From positions 116,417 to 180,416 of IMG/VR virus record IMGVR_UViG_3300036766_000678: a stretch of 64,000 nucleotides of DNA. One strand, given 5' to 3'. Position numbers and translations under genes: made by a program. The notes beneath the pieces were generated by a model that made no database searches, had not been told where the DNA came from, and saw only the letters and a program-made list of their open reading frames with translations. Source of the DNA: a virus. How positions within the stretch are numbered: position 1 is the stretch's first letter; the number at the start of each line of letters is the position of its first letter. Shown piece after piece: positions 19,288-27,849 of the stretch.

Positions 19288-20892
19288 TTACTGCGGAATA
19301 ACAGTGGTAGGTTCTTTGTCGCCTTTTGGAGCTTCACATTTAATAAACTTCCATAAACTTCCGTCGTTAGATCCCTTGGAGTTCTGCGAAGAATCTTTGC
19401 TTACAAGCTTCCAATATTGTCCATCAGCAAAAATTTCTTGCCCAATTTCCATCGACTCTGATAAATCACCTGGGAGCAAGTGTTTTTGAAGAGTCATAGT
19501 TTCAGACTCTGGCATAAATTGTGTGCCACTAGAAGCATTCTCTGTAGCTACTTTTTCAATTTTATCTTCAAGAATTGCCTTAACTTCATTGGCTTCATAG
19601 GTTACTTTCTCATCTACACTCGCAAGAGATAGCAATGCTTCTTTAGTTAATTGTTCAGTAAGTTTTTCATTTATATTTATTGCTTTCTCTACCAACTCTC
19701 GAAGTAATGGAAACTTGGGTAATTCAATTTGGGAAGATTTAATTTTAATTGGAAATGCTACAAGCTTAGTGCTAGTTTTATCTTCAAGGAAAGTCATTGC
19801 TGTAATTTCACCGTCAAATCCACTATCTGAATGAGAAAGGTTAGGTGTCACTTCTGATACTCTAGCAGAGCCAAATCCTAACGATTGAAGTGTTGGAATA
19901 AGCTGATTAACAGCTTGATTGGATAATTTATCTTTTTCAGCAGCAAGCTTCTGTTGCTCTGCTTGCATAGATTGCTGTAGTGTATCTGCCATACTAGCTC
20001 TTGGCATATTTTCAGAGATTGATACGGGATTAGATTCATTAGCAATTTCTTCTTCAGTTTTATCACATTCTACACAATGGGCTTTTCCTAATTCATCAAT
20101 GCGACCAAGATTATGCTGATGATCATTTTCCATTGGTGCCTCTAAATCACCAAGCCAAGATTTCTTTGCGGGAGAAGCTAAACCTTTATCTACACATTCT
20201 TTACAGTAAGTTTCTCCCCAAACTAGTGGAAGATCTTTTCCACATCCTTTGCATGGGCCACCAGGAAATTCTGCTGTCTTTGTAATTTTTTCTGTTGGCT
20301 TAATATCCGCATATTTTTCAATAACTGGATTTTTAAATTCCCCAGTAAACTGAATTGAATAATTATAGGACGCTGTACGAACAATAGAATCTGAAACAAT
20401 AGATTTAAGTAATTCGGCTTTATTAGGAGACGTTTCGTACTCATTACGTCCAACAATTCCAATCTCAGCATCTTCAAGAGCTGGATGAGCCACTTTAAGA
20501 TACTTATTATCTCCAGAATCAATCAGCCGAAAATCTTTTAAATTTGCTGTAACCACATCCTCACTGGGCAAATAGTCCTCTGAGGAATTTAGGGCCTTTA
20601 TAATGTTATCCCCAACGGTAGATTCACTTTCAACTGAAACATCATTATTATTCACAGTTAAATCCAAGCCTACATCAGAATACCCTTCAAGGACAGGAGT
20701 AGATGCAAAGCAACGAATCTTGCCTGTAAAGTCAAATGTGTTAGAAATAGGGCCATCTACGTGAGTTAACTCAACTTGGGACCCTTTTGTTAACTTAGCT
20801 ACTCCATACTTACTAGATAAGTATCCCATTGCTTGACGTTCAGCCTCACGAATAATTTTATTTTTTGCAGATTCAAAATTTTGATTATACAT
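19288..20892 (-). CDS. Probable virion/head-associated protein
   Basis: Acidic; VRTAS, EKYAD, TKTAE, EKVAT sites; internal zinc ribbon CKGC..CKEC; follows the 53-bp element. Confidence 0.5.
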   Translation of the reverse strand: MYNQNFESAKNKIIREAERQAMGYLSSKYGVAKLTKGSQVELTHVDGPISNTFDFTGKIRCFASTPVLEGYSDVGLDLTVNNNDVSVESESTVGDNIIKALNSSEDYLPSEDVVTANLKDFRLIDSGDNKYLKVAHPALEDAEIGIVGRNEYETSPNKAELLKSIVSDSIVRTASYNYSIQFTGEFKNPVIEKYADIKPTEKITKTAEFPGGPCKGCGKDLPLVWGETYCKECVDKGLASPAKKSWLGDLEAPMENDHQHNLGRIDELGKAHCVECDKTEEEIANESNPVSISENMPRASMADTLQQSMQAEQQKLAAEKDKLSNQAVNQLIPTLQSLGFGSARVSEVTPNLSHSDSGFDGEITAMTFLEDKTSTKLVAFPIKIKSSQIELPKFPLLRELVEKAININEKLTEQLTKEALLSLASVDEKVTYEANEVKAILEDKIEKVATENASSGTQFMPESETMTLQKHLLPGDLSESMEIGQEIFADGQYWKLVSKDSSQNSKGSNDGSLWKFIKCEAPKGDKEPTTVIPQ

Positions 20893-20934
20893 TTGTAAGC
20901 TCCTAAAGCTTCAATAGTTATTTACTACATAAAA

Positions 20935-20987
20935 TCGTATATAAACAGTATTACCTATATAGACACTTTTTAGTTATATTTTTACAT
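20935..20987 (-). promoter_or_regulatory. Conserved 53-bp intergenic element, copy 2
   Basis: 47/53 identical to 7201..7253. Confidence 0.6.
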
Positions 20988-20999
20988 TAGTTCTTAATC

Positions 21000-21884
21000 T
21001 TATTTACTACTGGTAATCTTGTTTAAAAAAGAAGACGACTTAAGATAATGATCACTATTCCACAAAGGTTGCAAGTTAGAATAATGAAAACATTTTAATC
21101 TATCTTCTCCTTTTGACAGATCAAATTCTCTACATTCTTTAATATGATCCATTGACCAAGTGCCAAGATCATTCCCACGATTTTCCCAAGTCATATTTTC
21201 TTTCCACAAAGATTCAATATATTTTTTAAATTCAAAAAGAGTACATCCATATCTTTCTTTGAATAAAGGAGTATCACAGTTATCTCTTATATAAGCGTTT
21301 ATACCACTATGTAATAGATGCTTCCAATAATTATGTGATACAAAATCTTGTGATTTAGAACTTACCCTTGTATTTTGCATTTGCTCATTTAAAGTAGCCC
21401 ATCTACAATTAGAAGGTTCATAGTTGCCCATTACGTTTGGAAAACGATCTAATGTTGTGTTCTTTTCATCAAATTCCTTTACGTGCTTTAAATAAGAAAC
21501 ATACATATCTTCTTTGAAATTAAGGAACTGCAACCATCTTTCACAAACAGTAATACCTCTACCACCATAATGTTCATATCCTGCTATACTAGGTTTAGTA
21601 CATCTAGTAATCATATTTGTCCAAGATCTATAAAATCTTTTCTGTTCCCTAGTTCCACCAGCAAATCCATGAGTTTTATTGGCTTTTCTAACTCGTTCTT
21701 TTTGTAAACACCCACAAGATTTTGTATTTCCACTTCGTAAGTTAGATCCAACAACTATTGCAAAATTACCACAAAAACATTGGCAATTCCAAAGAGCTTT
21801 TCCTTTCTTATCTTTTCCATAATAAGAAATTACTATAAGATTAGAAAATTTATTTCCTATTTCATCTTTTAATACATTTTTCAT
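21000..21884 (-). CDS. HNH-type homing endonuclease with two nuclease-like domains
   Basis: N-terminal WNCQCFCG...KSCGC, YGGRGITVC, TLDRFPNVMGNYEPSNCRWAT; C-terminal MTWENRG...WSMDHIK domain as in 15643..16500. Confidence 0.75.
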   Translation of the reverse strand: MKNVLKDEIGNKFSNLIVISYYGKDKKGKALWNCQCFCGNFAIVVGSNLRSGNTKSCGCLQKERVRKANKTHGFAGGTREQKRFYRSWTNMITRCTKPSIAGYEHYGGRGITVCERWLQFLNFKEDMYVSYLKHVKEFDEKNTTLDRFPNVMGNYEPSNCRWATLNEQMQNTRVSSKSQDFVSHNYWKHLLHSGINAYIRDNCDTPLFKERYGCTLFEFKKYIESLWKENMTWENRGNDLGTWSMDHIKECREFDLSKGEDRLKCFHYSNLQPLWNSDHYLKSSSFLNKITSSK

Positions 21885-21892
21885 AAAGTACC

Positions 21893-24800
21893 TTAGTCTG
21901 GATTAACAGACTCGATTCCCCCATCTTGAGGAAGACTGTCAAAAAGTGTCACACTGTACCATGCCATTCCACCTGGGTAAGTTCTATTGAATGGTTTATT
22001 CAAAATATCCAAGAACACGGTTTGTGGTTGCATATCCTTTTGTTGAGGGAAATCATTAGTATTTTGATTAAAATCCCATACCCCATTTCCAATTGCATCC
22101 CAATTGGTATAAGCTGTTTCTCCCCCATTATCCATATGCTGCTCATTATAAAAACTTTCGCCCTGTTGGTCAGTGTAAGTACTTGAATAATTACCCGCTA
22201 TTTTCTCTAAAGGTCTGGTAATCCTCACTATACAAGCCTTTCTCTTTTCCTGCTCTTGAAGCATCTCTATAGTTTTTCCGTCGTCTGATTGATCCCCACG
22301 AGGTCTGGATGTGAACTTGTAGGGCCAACGCCAATTTTCGTTAGCTGGATTACTAACAGCATCGTAAGTTACAGGAAGAGGTGAATAAGGTTCTCCACTT
22401 TGGGGATTTGGGTTGCTCCAATCCGTTTTTGGCTTGTTAGAATCAAGCTTATTGAGATCACGAAATCCTTTGGAGTATTCTAAAAGAGTTTCATTCTCTC
22501 CAAGTTCCTTTTGCTCGATCTGTTCTTGCTCAGTATCAGAAGCCGACTCAACTTCTTTTTTACTAAAAGGTTTTCTTATCATGTTCCAAATTTGTTTCCA
22601 AAAATCGCTGCTTCTTGGTTTTCCAACCGTACATGGAGCATAATATGTTTGTTCATCAGAGACCGAATCGGGTTCCAGCGGAATTTCAAGATCTGAGTCT
22701 GGAGTCCATTTGTTATCTGGTGCATTGACAAGAGAGGGAAGAAAAGCAGCATTCTTATCTATCTTTTCCAAAACAAACCCACCATCTTTCTCATTGCCAA
22801 TAGAAAAATATGTTTTGTTACCCACCGCAGGAGAAAATACAACTGTATCAAGTTCTATCTCTCTACCCTCAAATTCAGTAGATCCTATAAAATCTTTACC
22901 TAAACCTTTCTTCACATAAGCCAAAGTGATATGTGGGTGGTATTCATCTGACACAAGCCCTTTAGCACATTCAAGCTTTTCACACACTTCTTTATTCATA
23001 TGTTCCAAATCTTCACTGACCACTTCAACCGTTACTACATCAAATTCTGCGTATTCAACATCAGGTTCGAAATGTTTTACTTTACCCAATTTCCCTTTAA
23101 ATGGTTTGTGATCATTAAAAATCCTACGAGCTGTTTTAGGGTTATCATCTACAAGACCATACTTGATGGTGATATGAACTTCGAGTTCCCTCCCGAATTT
23201 ATCCTCATCAATATACAAAGCATCATCTGGAATATTTTTTACTCCAAACTCAACAATCTCTTGAGCAAGTTCATGTGGAACTAAGGCCATTAAGCAGCCA
23301 TATTCCCCCATTTTTACTTTCTTAGTTTGTGCTGTAATTTCTTTTTTAGAAAAAACTTTAGCTATTACTGGTTGTCTTAAAGCTCTATTTACTTGTTTCT
23401 GAATGAAAGGAAAAGGATCATTCACTTTAATATAATTACCTTCTAAATCATCAATTTCAATTCCGTTACCTGTATAATGCTGTGCAATAAAATTATCAAG
23501 ATAATTTGGAAGTCTTTTTAAATCTTGAACTTCTATAGCGAAATCAGATCCTTCTGAAGTTTCTTGACCAGAAGTGATACGAGTCCAGCCATCAGCAATA
23601 AGTTGATCAGCCATAGATTGAATTTCATCTAATGATTTAATTTGAGGAAATTTTTGTTTTATAAATCCGTAATGCCCACCAGTCCCAGAAATATCATACT
23701 CTTTGCCACTAGGGTCAATCCAATATTTGATTCCCAATGCTGCTACAATTCTTAAAGAAGCTTTCTTTTCGGGCTTTCCAATTTCATTTACAATCTCTTT
23801 CCAGTTATTTTTAAATTGAATTGCTCTATCATCCACTAAGACCTGATACAAGGGTTTTCCTATAAAAATTGAATCATAGGTAAGATTATTCTTATCTAAA
23901 AATTCTTTAACATTATCTTCATCTACATTGGAACGATATGAATAAACAACAATATTCCATCCATTTTGTTTTAATGTATTAAGAGCTTCTTTAGCTCCTT
24001 CCATTAAATTTCCAATACTTCCATCTTCATTTTCAGTAGCAAGGGTGTCATCAAGATCAATATAACATTGTCCTAAAGCTGGATTATCTTGAGAAGTAGG
24101 TTTTACTTGGGCTTTCTTCATGAAAGAAGCAAATTTAGACATAGAAGAGGTTTTATTAAATCTTTCTACTAATTGTCTAGCTCGTAACCATCCAATAGAT
24201 GAGAGATTTATAACTCCTGCACCACCATAATTATCAGATGTAGTAGGAATACCGATAGCATCCATAACAGAATAATGATCTAAATCGTAAGCATCCCAAA
24301 TATACAAATCGCCTTCAGGCGAACCAAAATATCTCATTACCCCATTTTTTGCTTTCCGATATATGTCTTCAGCCAAATCTGGAGAAGGATTTTTATATAC
24401 TCGTACCTCTTCTCCTTTTGGGGTATGAAGACGAATCACATCACCAGCTATTTTACTAATAGAAGCTGTTTGAAGTCTTTTATGAGATAGAGCTTTATTA
24501 ACTGCCTTTTGAATACCTTCTTCTATAGCATCTTCATACTGAACTACGACTGAAGAATCGCCCCCATTCATAAATCTATAGGAACTAACCAAAATTTTCG
24601 GATGTCCACTACCAACAGCAATAATAAAATTATCTATGTATGATGGTAAAGCATGTAAATCTTCAACTTCCACATTAATGTAGCTTCCTTGTGTGCTTGC
24701 CCTGATCCAATCACTATCACCAGGAGGACCATCTGGAAATTTCTTAGTCATCCACTGCGAATGTTCCCCATGTGGCTCAAAAGGATAAATCTTCCCATCA

Positions 24801-25738
24801 GGTGAAATCCAATATTTCTTATCGGAAGCTAATTTATTTACACTACCTTCACTAATAATCTTTTCAATTAAAGGAAGTTCTTCTGTAGTAACTTCTCCTC
24901 CAGTAGATTCAAGAAGTTCTTTCAAATTTTGGAGAATTGCAAAGAATCCATGACGGGCGAGATATTTAAAAAGAATCTCGTTTTCTGAAGTTGGATCTTG
25001 ATTAGAATGGCGATAGTCAACGAGATCCTGTTTAATCTTGAGATCTTTCTTAATCTCTTCTTCAATATCATTAAGCTTCTTCTCAATTTTAGTATAAAAT
25101 AATTTTTGCTTATCCTTGCCCCACGCTTTAATAACATTCTCTAACTCATCTATTCTTTGTATATCTCTTTTTACTTTGCCTAAACTGCCATCAAGTTCTT
25201 GGGCTAAAGCTTCTGCCTCTTCAACTACTTGACGTTTACTTTCTTCAATATCTAATTCAGCAGGGAAAAATATAGGATCTTTTAACCATTCATCTTTATA
25301 GAGGGAATATACTCCAACAGCTTCAGTATTACTTGGATGAAGTTCAATACTCTCAATGTAAAATTCCGTTGGGTGCTGTGTCATAGGTGCAAGAATCTTT
25401 GCTCTATCGAATTCTTTTCTTGTTTCATCGAGTTTTGCAAAAGCTGCTTCTTTAGAAGCATTCGGCATATTTGTTTTTATAAATTCATCAAGATTAACTC
25501 GAACGTGAACGTCCATATCCGATGTTAAAAGCCACTTTGCCGTTGTGAGACTACCTAGAATAACTACATCATCTACCCATTTTTCATAATCTTTTAATGA
25601 ATAAGTTTCGTACATCTTGTCAAGTAAACGAAGAATAAAGTCTCGTTGATAAGCATAAAACCTCATGTCCTGATCCCATACGGCTGGATCGAGAAATGGA
25701 TAAGAAAAATCAAGGATTGAACTAGACTTAGTTAACAT
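21893..25738 (-). CDS. 1281-aa multidomain protein: Pol-beta-family nucleotidyltransferase + duplicated YWIxPxGK domain + HAD phosphatase + 2H phosphoesterase (Acb1-like)
   Basis: GSLT...SDMDVH; YIDLDDT...VDDRAI; VHITIKYG and YHPHITLAY. Confidence 0.75.
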   Translation of the reverse strand: MLTKSSSILDFSYPFLDPAVWDQDMRFYAYQRDFILRLLDKMYETYSLKDYEKWVDDVVILGSLTTAKWLLTSDMDVHVRVNLDEFIKTNMPNASKEAAFAKLDETRKEFDRAKILAPMTQHPTEFYIESIELHPSNTEAVGVYSLYKDEWLKDPIFFPAELDIEESKRQVVEEAEALAQELDGSLGKVKRDIQRIDELENVIKAWGKDKQKLFYTKIEKKLNDIEEEIKKDLKIKQDLVDYRHSNQDPTSENEILFKYLARHGFFAILQNLKELLESTGGEVTTEELPLIEKIISEGSVNKLASDKKYWISPDGKIYPFEPHGEHSQWMTKKFPDGPPGDSDWIRASTQGSYINVEVEDLHALPSYIDNFIIAVGSGHPKILVSSYRFMNGGDSSVVVQYEDAIEEGIQKAVNKALSHKRLQTASISKIAGDVIRLHTPKGEEVRVYKNPSPDLAEDIYRKAKNGVMRYFGSPEGDLYIWDAYDLDHYSVMDAIGIPTTSDNYGGAGVINLSSIGWLRARQLVERFNKTSSMSKFASFMKKAQVKPTSQDNPALGQCYIDLDDTLATENEDGSIGNLMEGAKEALNTLKQNGWNIVVYSYRSNVDEDNVKEFLDKNNLTYDSIFIGKPLYQVLVDDRAIQFKNNWKEIVNEIGKPEKKASLRIVAALGIKYWIDPSGKEYDISGTGGHYGFIKQKFPQIKSLDEIQSMADQLIADGWTRITSGQETSEGSDFAIEVQDLKRLPNYLDNFIAQHYTGNGIEIDDLEGNYIKVNDPFPFIQKQVNRALRQPVIAKVFSKKEITAQTKKVKMGEYGCLMALVPHELAQEIVEFGVKNIPDDALYIDEDKFGRELEVHITIKYGLVDDNPKTARRIFNDHKPFKGKLGKVKHFEPDVEYAEFDVVTVEVVSEDLEHMNKEVCEKLECAKGLVSDEYHPHITLAYVKKGLGKDFIGSTEFEGREIELDTVVFSPAVGNKTYFSIGNEKDGGFVLEKIDKNAAFLPSLVNAPDNKWTPDSDLEIPLEPDSVSDEQTYYAPCTVGKPRSSDFWKQIWNMIRKPFSKKEVESASDTEQEQIEQKELGENETLLEYSKGFRDLNKLDSNKPKTDWSNPNPQSGEPYSPLPVTYDAVSNPANENWRWPYKFTSRPRGDQSDDGKTIEMLQEQEKRKACIVRITRPLEKIAGNYSSTYTDQQGESFYNEQHMDNGGETAYTNWDAIGNGVWDFNQNTNDFPQQKDMQPQTVFLDILNKPFNRTYPGGMAWYSVTLFDSLPQDGGIESVNPD

Positions 25739-25762
25739 AGGTTTGTTTTTATTTGGTACTAC

Positions 25763-25999
25763 TTATTGCGCGAAGGGATCTTCGGTAGGTACGTCAATCC
25801 ACTTTTTGGCTTCTCTTCCATTGATCTCTTTGAACTCAATGGCATGATTACAACGCTCTCTTGGGCACTTCTCCATGTAATAATATGTACCTTTCTGTTC
25901 AACCACTTGAATAAGGAATTGATTAGAGAGTTTACATATATCACAAATAATAAAATTAGGAGTAAGTTTTGGGGCCATTGGAACCTCTGTTGAGATCAT
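25763..25999 (-). CDS. Small zinc-ribbon protein
   Basis: CDIC...CPRERCNH. Confidence 0.55.
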   Translation of the reverse strand: MISTEVPMAPKLTPNFIICDICKLSNQFLIQVVEQKGTYYYMEKCPRERCNHAIEFKEINGREAKKWIDVPTEDPFAQ

Positions 26000-26193
26000 T
26001 TAGATGTAACCTCTTTACTTACCTTTTGATTATAAATCCATTCTAAATACTGAAGATTTGTCATGGGGATATAAAAATCCATTATTTCAGGTGGTTCATC
26101 ATGTTGTCCTGGGCAAAAGAAAAACTCAGTATCATAATAAGGTATATGTTCTTCAATGTTATGTTTGCACCATTTACAAGGTCTTTTCTTCAT
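25996..26193 (-). CDS. Small Cys/His protein with DNLxYLE tag
   Basis: CKWCKHNIEEH...FYIPMTNLQYLEWIY. Confidence 0.75.
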   Translation of the reverse strand: MKKRPCKWCKHNIEEHIPYYDTEFFFCPGQHDEPPEIMDFYIPMTNLQYLEWIYNQKVSKEVTSK

Positions 26194-26195
26194 AT

Positions 26196-27290
26196 TTACT
26201 TATTTCCAACCTTATCAATTGCATCTTTAATTTTAGCGTCTGTTTCTGGATCTTGAATCAAGATAAATCTAGCACAGCTAGGACAAAAGATACTAAATCT
26301 TTTAGAGGTATTTAACAATGATCCATCCTCCGCCCTATCGAAACCCATTGGTCTTTTATCAGCTTTGTCCTCTAAGAAATTTTCTCTGCACGTACTACAG
26401 TAAAAAGATTTGGGTATTAGTTTCTTATCTTTCTTACCAGGAACTTTAACTTCGTTAGCCTCTTTAACTTCTTTAAGAATCTCTGGGCTAATGGCTAAAG
26501 GACCCACTACTTCTTTTGTAGTTTCCTCTTCAATCTTAGCCATTTCTTTAAATTGTTCATCACTCATCTTAGGTATTTCATCCATCTTAGCTCTCCTTTG
26601 AAATTCTTCCATTATCTTAATACTGTTGCTAGTGCCTACTCTTGACGCTCCTGCTTCTATCATCATTTCTAGATCAATCAACGAACGAATTCCTCCACTG
26701 GCCTTAACCAATACGCCTGATCCTTTTACTTGATCGGCCATTAGTTTGACATATCGTGCTGTTTCTTTTGGCTCTAATTTTGCTAGGAAGCCAGTAGATG
26801 TTTTCACATATGAAAGACCTGTCTCTATAGCTAAATCACAACAATGTTTAATCTCATCGTCGGAGAGCAAGCCACATTCTAGTATTACTTTTAAAATAGG
26901 TTGAAACGTTGGTGCAGTTGGAATAGTTTTTCGTAATGTTTCAAACTCATGCTTTATTCGCAACCAATCACCCGTTTTTACAGCCGATATATTTAAAACA
27001 AAATCAAATTCAGTAGCCCCATCATTAAATGCTCGTTGCATCTCAGTTACTTTGGAATCTATATTAGAGATTCCATGAGGAAATCCTATTACCGAACAAA
27101 TTTTTATATTGACACTCATATCTGTATGAACATATGAATGTAACAAATTAGACACTAATGGAACATGGAAACTTGAAACACAGACACTGTGAAAATTCCA
27201 TTTAACTGCTTGACGGCACAAATCTGTATAATTTCCCAGAGGTGCGGAGGGAATAAGAAGCGTATGATCTATCAGACGATTAATTTCCAT
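26196..27290 (-). CDS. deoC: Deoxyribose-phosphate aldolase with a C-terminal zinc-ribbon extension
   Basis: IDHTLL, CSVIGFPHG, EFDFV, KVILE, YVKTSTG, VKASGGIR, GASRVGTS; extra CSTC..CPSC domain. Confidence 0.92.
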   Translation of the reverse strand: MEINRLIDHTLLIPSAPLGNYTDLCRQAVKWNFHSVCVSSFHVPLVSNLLHSYVHTDMSVNIKICSVIGFPHGISNIDSKVTEMQRAFNDGATEFDFVLNISAVKTGDWLRIKHEFETLRKTIPTAPTFQPILKVILECGLLSDDEIKHCCDLAIETGLSYVKTSTGFLAKLEPKETARYVKLMADQVKGSGVLVKASGGIRSLIDLEMMIEAGASRVGTSNSIKIMEEFQRRAKMDEIPKMSDEQFKEMAKIEEETTKEVVGPLAISPEILKEVKEANEVKVPGKKDKKLIPKSFYCSTCRENFLEDKADKRPMGFDRAEDGSLLNTSKRFSIFCPSCARFILIQDPETDAKIKDAIDKVGNK

Positions 27291-27477
27291 TATTCTTTTT
27301 ATAAATTTCCTCTAAATATTTTAAATTATCTGGAACATATTTGGGACATCGACATATCTCATCATGATAAAGTTTCCCACCACACCAATTTTCCCAGATC
27401 GGGGAACCAACTGATTCATGAAGTTTGGCTTCATGACTACACTTACAGGGGAAGTTTCTTTTCTTGATTGAATTCAT
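27280..27477 (-). CDS. Small Cys/His protein with DNLxYLE tag
   Basis: CKCSHEAKLH...CRCPKYVPDNLKYLEEIY. Confidence 0.75.
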   Translation of the reverse strand: MNSIKKRNFPCKCSHEAKLHESVGSPIWENWCGGKLYHDEICRCPKYVPDNLKYLEEIYKKNNGN

Positions 27478-27649
27478 ATAATTGTTCTAAATACAATAAA
27501 TTATCACCAGACGCAAAATTATCACAATGACAATCTACTTTTACATTTTCTAAATCATAAGAAAAAGAACATTTAATATTAGATGCTCTATTGTTAATCA
27601 AATGAAAATGTTTGCAGTTTCTGCATCTCCACTTATTTAGGTCAACCAT
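27443..27649 (-). CDS. Small Cys/His protein with DNLxYLE tag
   Basis: CRNCKHFH...CHCDNFASGDNLLYLEQLY. Confidence 0.75.
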   Translation of the reverse strand: MVDLNKWRCRNCKHFHLINNRASNIKCSFSYDLENVKVDCHCDNFASGDNLLYLEQLYEFNQEKKLPL

Positions 27650-27782
27650 TATTTAATTGCATTGCTCTCATACGAGCTTTTCCAAGTGAATTAACACCAT
27701 AAAAAACATCATAAATAATTTGGCCATAGGACATTTGCTGATACACTTCCCAGCTATTTAGATACTGTTGCACTTTAACCAT
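27642..27782 (-). CDS. 46-aa hypothetical protein (below the ORF-track cutoff)
   Basis: MVKVQQYLNSWEVYQQMSYG...; GGGGAGG SD; first gene after the sigma70 promoter. Confidence 0.55.
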   Translation of the reverse strand: MVKVQQYLNSWEVYQQMSYGQIIYDVFYGVNSLGKARMRAMQLNNG

Positions 27783-27814
27783 AAATCCTCCCCTAATTTA
27801 AACCATCTAATTTA

Positions 27815-27843
27815 AGTATATCAGACAATGAGTTACTTGTCAA
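27815..27843 (-). promoter_or_regulatory. Sigma70-type promoter with extended -10
   Basis: TTGACA-N17-TATACT, with TG upstream of the -10. Confidence 0.8.
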
Positions 27844-27849
27844 GAGGTA

